Of a stretch of 64,000 nucleotides of DNA, positions 59,651 through 64,000 are shown one piece after another. Position numbers and translations under genes: made by a program. Numbering within the stretch: position 1 is the first letter of the stretch; the number at the start of each line of letters is the position of its first letter. The notes under the pieces are model-generated. The model worked only from the letters and a program-made list of their open reading frames with translations, was not told the origin of the DNA and made no database searches. Source of the stretch: Dehalococcoidia bacterium (GTDB lineage: Bacteria; Chloroflexota; Dehalococcoidia; UBA2979); assembly GCA_963667465.2 (NCBI GenBank), contig CAXXDN010000002.1, positions 1,632,001-1,696,000 of the forward strand. The letters run 5' to 3'.

Positions 59651-60313
59651 CTCGTGTCTCCTTTCGTTCCGTTCGTCGTTGTCATTGGCTGCGCGCCCTC
59701 CGGCGGTAGCGTGAGCAGTCCCGAGCCGACCGCTACGGAGAGGTCCTCGCGCAGTGCCTCGGCGTCGGGGGTGCAGCGCCAGGCGTGGACACCCGCCGAC
59801 TGCAGGGGTGAGATCTCGCCCTTCGCCAGGCCCCGCCGCCAGAGCCACTCCGCCCAGTTGCGGTGCAGGGGCAGGGGACTGCGGCGGTCGAGGAAGCGAT
59901 GGTGGAGAGCCGGGGCCCTCGCCTCGCCGGGGGCGAGCAGCAGGAACGCGTCCCGCTCGAAGGCGTACTCGGCCATGCGGGTGTAGACCATCGCGTGCCA
60001 GCCCCCCCGAAACCGGGAGCCGCGCGATCTTGGTCGTCCACGTGCCGATCGTCTCGTGTGGTACCTCGCAGCGGTGGAAGCCGCCGGAGAGGGCGAGGCC
60101 GTCCGTTCCGGCGAGCAGGTGGGCGCTCTCCGGGGGCCGCTTGAGGAGGGCGGCCCAGATTGCCTTGAGGGCGCTCTGGGCGCCGACCATGGAGAGGAAC
60201 CAGAGTCCCTCGCTGTCGGGGTCGCGCGCGAAGGCGTCGGCGGTTGCCGAGAACCCTCCCGCGCTGATCGTGTACAGGTCGTCCGGGTTGATGGCGGCGT
60301 CGGCCGCGAGCAT
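59647..60313 (-). pseudogene. ICE conserved hypothetical protein with a +1 frameshift in a G7 run at about 60005
   Basis: LWFLSMVG...KAIWA. Removing one G gives SGGWHAMVY...FLDRRSPLPLH..WAEWLW. Confidence 0.65.
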
Positions 60314-60376
60314 GGGCTGTTCTCCTTCCGGTAGTGAATGGGTGGCAGCGCGGGGGTGTCCCGCGTGCGCCGCGCC

Positions 60377-60868
60377 CTAGAAGAGGCCGCGGTCCTTGAG
60401 GCTGATGGCCTCGCTCCTGCCGATGACGACGTGGTCGAGCAACTCGACGCCGAGCAGCTTCGCCGCCTCCGCCAGGTCCTTCGTGACCTTGATGTCGTCG
60501 GGACTGGGCGAGGCGTCGCCGGAGGGGTGGTTATGGGCGATGATGATGTGAGGCACGGCCGCCACCACCGCCGGGCGCAGCACCTCGGCGGGGCGAACCA
60601 CCGACGAGTAGCAGTTGCCCTGGTACAGGACGCGCTGCCCGACCACCCGGTTGCGCCGGTCGAGCAGCAGCACCCGCACCTGCTCCTGAGCGAGCGCCCC
60701 CATCTCCGGCCCCAGCAGGCGCTGCACGTCCTGCGGGGAGCAGAGCGCGGGGGCGTCGTCCGCGCGCTCGGGGTCGACCTCGACCTCGTAGCGCACGGCC
60801 AGCTCGCCCAGCACGTGCAGGTTCTGGCGGAGGGCGTCCAGCAGGGCGTCCTCGTGCTTCGCCGTCAT
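60377..60868 (-). CDS. radC: RadC-like JAB domain protein
   Basis: QEQVRVLLLD, AHNHPSGDASPSPDD, LLDHVVIG. Confidence 0.9.
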   Translation of the reverse strand: MTAKHEDALLDALRQNLHVLGELAVRYEVEVDPERADDAPALCSPQDVQRLLGPEMGALAQEQVRVLLLDRRNRVVGQRVLYQGNCYSSVVRPAEVLRPAVVAAVPHIIIAHNHPSGDASPSPDDIKVTKDLAEAAKLLGVELLDHVVIGRSEAISLKDRGLF

Positions 60869-61398
60869 GCCGCCACCTCCACGGGGATGGCCTGCCCGAG
60901 CGGGCAGATGCAGTCCTCGTGGTCGGGCGAGGCAGGATCGTCGCAGTCGAGGCAGAGGCCGCAGTTGCGGCACGCGACCCGCTGGTGGGCGGCGTCGCGG
61001 GCGTGCCGCCTGGCGACCGTGGCTTCCCAGCAGCAGTTGCGCTCGCAGTTGTCCCCGTGGTCGTCGCCGGCCGCGGCCTCCGGCTCGCAGCTGCGGCAGT
61101 GCGTGCGCCCCTTGATGACGGGGTAGCCGCAGCCCGCGCAGTCCCCGCCGTACTCGCCGTGCCGCTCCAGCTCGCGCCGCACGATCGTGCGGGCGAGCGG
61201 GTGGTCGTCGGGTCCGCCCGACTCGGCGACGTAGTGCCAGGCCCATCTCGCCCCGAGGTCGTCCCAGTCGTCGGTGCGATAGGACCAGCGGTCGCAGGTG
61301 CAGTGGCCGTTGAAGTGGTCGGGGCCCTCGAGCAGGGTCATGACCAGCGTGTGCGCGCTCCAGGTGGGGAGCGCGTCGCGTTCGCTCGTGCGTGCCAT
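60865..61398 (-). CDS. Cys/His-rich hypothetical protein (multiple putative Zn sites)
   Basis: HCTC, CAGC, HCRSC, NCERNCC, CRNCGLCLDC, HEDCIC. AAGGAG RBS; ATGA overlap with radC. Confidence 0.65.
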   Translation of the reverse strand: MARTSERDALPTWSAHTLVMTLLEGPDHFNGHCTCDRWSYRTDDWDDLGARWAWHYVAESGGPDDHPLARTIVRRELERHGEYGGDCAGCGYPVIKGRTHCRSCEPEAAAGDDHGDNCERNCCWEATVARRHARDAAHQRVACRNCGLCLDCDDPASPDHEDCICPLGQAIPVEVAA

Positions 61399-61518
61399 GT
61401 TCGGTTCTCCTTCGTCGTGTTGCTGATCGGGTAGAACGAGAGCAGGGCCGCCCCCGTGAGGGAGCGGCCCCGTGTGCGCCCGCGCTCAGGCGGGCGGCGT
61501 CTGTGCGCCGGTCGTGGC

Positions 61519-61923
61519 TTAGAAGGGCTGGTCGTCCGCGACCTCGGCGGCGACAGCCTCGCGGCTGCCGTTGCCGTTGGAACGCCCGTTGCCCCCGTTG
61601 CCGTTCGAGTCGAGGAAGATGACCTCCTGCGCGTGCACCTCGGTGCGGTGCCGGCGCTCGCCGTCCTGCGTCTCGTACGTGTTCTGCGCGAGCGAGCCCG
61701 CGACGAACACCCTGTTGCCCTTCTTGACGTACTCGGCGACGGCCTCGGCCTGCTTGCCCCAGCAGACGACCGAGTGCCAGTCGGCCTCGGTCTCGCCGTT
61801 CTGGCGGCGGCGGTCGGTCGCCAGTCTGAGCTGGCAGATGGCCGTGCCGTTCTGCGAGTAACGCAGCTCCGGCTCCGTGCCTACCCGGCCCAGCAGCTCG
61901 ACGCGGTTCATGGTGCGTGACAT
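61519..61923 (-). CDS. ssb: single-stranded DNA-binding protein
   Basis: MNRVELLGRVG..PELRY, WH.VVCWGKQAE, YVKKG, acidic DDQPF tail. Confidence 0.93.
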   Translation of the reverse strand: MSRTMNRVELLGRVGTEPELRYSQNGTAICQLRLATDRRRQNGETEADWHSVVCWGKQAEAVAEYVKKGNRVFVAGSLAQNTYETQDGERRHRTEVHAQEVIFLDSNGNGGNGRSNGNGSREAVAAEVADDQPF

Positions 61924-62118
61924 TTCAGATTCTCCTTCTGGTGATGGTTGTCACCGTGGTGGTGCGGCGAGAGCCGCACCTGGTTCGAAACGACGGCGGG
62001 GCCGCCCCGAAGGACGGCCCCGTTCGCGCTCCCGCATCGGGAGCGACTCTTCAGTGCTTGTGATTCAGGCACCCGCGATCGGCACCTCCTTTCGTTCGTG
62101 CGATGGCCTACGAGCCGC

Positions 62119-62856
62119 TCAGGCAGCCTTCGGCGTCTCCTCGGCGCGGGACTCCTCGCCCGCGTTGTCCTGCTGGAGCTTGCGCGCGGCGGCCTCCACC
62201 AGCGGGGTGAGGGCCGCCACCGGCAGCTCGTCGAGGTCACGGCCCGTGCGCTCGCGCACGGCGGACCGGACTTTCGCCTCGTCGAAGCCCCGGCACTGGC
62301 CGAGGTCGACGAGCGTCTTGCGCAGCGACGGCGCGAGGTCGCCCGTCGCGCCGTCGCCGTAGAGGCTGTTGCCGAACTGGTCGCCGTAGCTCCGCAGCGC
62401 CCGCTTGAGCGCGTCGGTCACCGCTCCCTTGTGCGCGGTCTCGTGGCCCTCGACGGTGTCGTCGGAGACGGCCTGGAAGCCGGTGTCAGTGCGCGGCGGG
62501 GAGCCGGGCACGGTGACCCGCACGGTGGCGGCGTAGGCCCGCCAGGGCTTCGCCTCACCCGTCTTCGGGTCGACGCTCTCGCCCTCCCGCAGTTCGACGG
62601 GGCCGACCAGGTCGTAGCCCCAGCCGCCGTGGCCGAAGACCCGGTTGGCCTGGTCGATGGCGGTGCGCCCCTCGAGGTAGGCGAAGCTGCGGCCCCTGCG
62701 CCCCCTGCGGTGCGAGACGAGGCCCTCGTCGAGGGGCTCGGCCAGCTTCGTGGTGACGGCGGGCGGGAGGCTGTCCCAGAGCAGTTCGCGCTCGGGGATG
62801 GTTGGTTCTGGGTGGACGCCGTTGCGGCGGCCGTTGAGGGTGGTGGTCTCTGCCAT
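62119..62856 (-). CDS. Rad52/Rad22-family (Sak-like) single-strand annealing protein
   Basis: AYLEG..AIDQANRVFGHGGW, A.VRV.V, HETAHKGAVTDALKRALRSYGDQFGNSLY. Confidence 0.85.
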   Translation of the reverse strand: MAETTTLNGRRNGVHPEPTIPERELLWDSLPPAVTTKLAEPLDEGLVSHRRGRRGRSFAYLEGRTAIDQANRVFGHGGWGYDLVGPVELREGESVDPKTGEAKPWRAYAATVRVTVPGSPPRTDTGFQAVSDDTVEGHETAHKGAVTDALKRALRSYGDQFGNSLYGDGATGDLAPSLRKTLVDLGQCRGFDEAKVRSAVRERTGRDLDELPVAALTPLVEAAARKLQQDNAGEESRAEETPKAA

Positions 62857-63057
62857 GTCTCTCTCCTTCGTGCTGCTCGTTGCCTGGGTGGACTGCTGCG
62901 GACCTCCCCGAAGGGAGGGCCGTGCGCGGGGCGGAGCCCCGTCGGTCATCGGTCATCGCGCCTCCTTCCGGTCGGCGGTTGGTCCGGCGGGCACACGGAT
63001 GCCGCCCGGCTCGCATGGAGCCGGGCTGTCCGGTGTCCGTCGCGTGGGATGGGTGGG

Positions 63058-64000
63058 TTAGCGGGCGGCGCGGGCCGCCCGTTCGAGCAGGCGCAGGAAC
63101 ACCCTGCGTCCGTCTGGCCGGCCTGCGAGGTCGGCCACGTCGGCGATGCCGTCCGGCAGGTCCACAACCGCGGCTCGGCGGCCAAGGAGGCCGCTGAGCG
63201 CCGCCGCGGCTTCGTGTCCGGCGGCGTCATGGTCGAAGGCGAGGAAGACGTGCGGGCAGCCGCGCAGGGCGGCGGCAACGCGTTCCATGCCCTGCGTCCC
63301 CAGGGCGGCGCAGGCGGGGATGCCCCACTCGCCCAGGACGAGCCAGTCGAACACGCCCTCGGCGACGACCGCCCAGGGCGGGGCGAACCCGACCCGCCCC
63401 ATGCCGAGCAGGAGCTTGGGGCCGGGCAGCGCCTGGAAGCGCGGCCTGCGCTCCGCGTCGATGGCCCGCCCCGCCAGCCAGCGGACGCGTCCGCCGGCCA
63501 CCTCGGGGACGACGACCATCCCGCCGAAGCGCTCGCCCCGCTCCGTGAACAGCCCGCTCTCGCGGATCCGTCCGGCGGCGAAGCCGGCGGACGCGAGCGC
63601 CTTGCGCAGCCCGCGCCCCGGCGCGTAGCCGAGGCCGAGCCGCGTGGCGGTGTCGAGACCGACGCCCCGCGAGGCGAGGTACGCCCGCGCCTCGCGGCTC
63701 CGCTGAAGCTCCCCCGCGTAGTACCGCGCCGCCGCCGTCATCAGCGCCGGGTCGGGCGGCGCGACCGCCTCGCGGGTGCGCCGTTCACGGGTCGTGTGAC
63801 GGACGGGAGCAGTGGTGGGAGGAGAGGCATCGAGCCTGCGGATCGCCTCCGGCAGGCTCAGGCCCTCTGTGCGCCGGATGAAGTCCAGCACGTCGCCGCC
63901 CGCGCCGCAGCCGAAGCAGTACCAGCGCTGCGAATCGGCGTAGACCGTGAAGCTTCCTTCCGCCTCCTCGTGGAAGGGGCAGACGCCCTGGCGGACGCGG
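63058..64000 (-). CDS. DnaG-like primase (CHC2 zinc finger plus Toprim); 5' end outside the window
   Basis: CPFHEE..GSF.V....WYCFGCGAGGDV, YLASRG, LGYAP, AEGVFD, FDHDAAG. Confidence 0.88.
   Translation of the reverse strand, partial: RVRQGVCPFHEEAEGSFTVYADSQRWYCFGCGAGGDVLDFIRRTEGLSLPEAIRRLDASPPTTAPVRHTTRERRTREAVAPPDPALMTAAARYYAGELQRSREARAYLASRGVGLDTATRLGLGYAPGRGLRKALASAGFAAGRIRESGLFTERGERFGGMVVVPEVAGGRVRWLAGRAIDAERRPRFQALPGPKLLLGMGRVGFAPPWAVVAEGVFDWLVLGEWGIPACAALGTQGMERVAAALRGCPHVFLAFDHDAAGHEAAAALSGLLGRRAAVVDLPDGIADVADLAGRPDGRRVFLRLLERAARAAR

Larger units (their letters stand above)
55991..64000 (-). mobile_element. ICE/genomic-island backbone (replication and recombination module)
   Basis: Co-oriented primase, annealase, ssb, radC, methyltransferase and helicase. 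No integrase or att site is visible in the window. Confidence 0.7.

Noticed and set aside
58613-60313. 566-aa ORF as a real fusion of a hypothetical protein and the methyltransferase
   Set aside because: Produced by the G7 frameshift; the methyltransferase has its own RBS and ATG at 59650.
62020-62118. Small ORF or type I toxin after the strong AAAGGAGGTG sequence upstream of ssb
   Set aside because: The following frames give a 6-aa peptide or a non-hydrophobic ORF running through the hairpin; insufficient support.

Overview
A very GC-rich (visually about 70%) bacterial window. The gene content suggests Chloroflexota/Dehalococcoidia, possibly a sponge-type symbiont; this is inference from the many LLM/F420 oxidoreductases, CoA-transferases, phosphotriesterase-like hydrolases and LRR/Calx-beta surface proteins. 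Four zones. (1) 1-29.9 kb: catabolic genes (crotonase, three luciferase-like monooxygenases, two Zn-ADHs, two PTE-like hydrolases, a Baeyer-Villiger monooxygenase, a CaiB/BaiF pair, a Liv-type ABC system, a divergent malate synthase G, and an Fe(III)-binding protein with a DtxR/IdeR-like box). (2) 29.9-40.3 kb: a tandem array of three secreted/surface proteins built by shuffling parts (LRR, Thr-Pro/Ala linker, Calx-beta-like, InlB-B-repeat-like) around five copies of an unnamed 'LRYxTYDTTG...HG(PW/IF)...GRPA' module. The first half of the module is conserved and the second half varies in patches. Each gene is followed by a truncated secreted partner ORF with a 'D(V/I)LPG' motif, and a collapsed fourth unit lies upstream. 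This is the best candidate for an undescribed system. (3) 40.4-43.3 kb: a secreted three-domain heme peroxidase fusion. (4) 43.4-64 kb: a decayed defence island (intact TIR protein, HicAB and SF1 helicase-Vsr-like nuclease; internally deleted hsdM and SNF2/DUF499-like genes; IS5 and IS256 remnants) next to an ICE-like backbone (primase, Rad52/Sak-like annealase, ssb, RadC, methyltransferase, helicase) punctuated by GC hairpins. Several single-base frameshifts lie in G/C runs and may be long-read errors. No rRNA, tRNA or CRISPR array was seen. All family calls come from motif recognition by eye, not from database searches.
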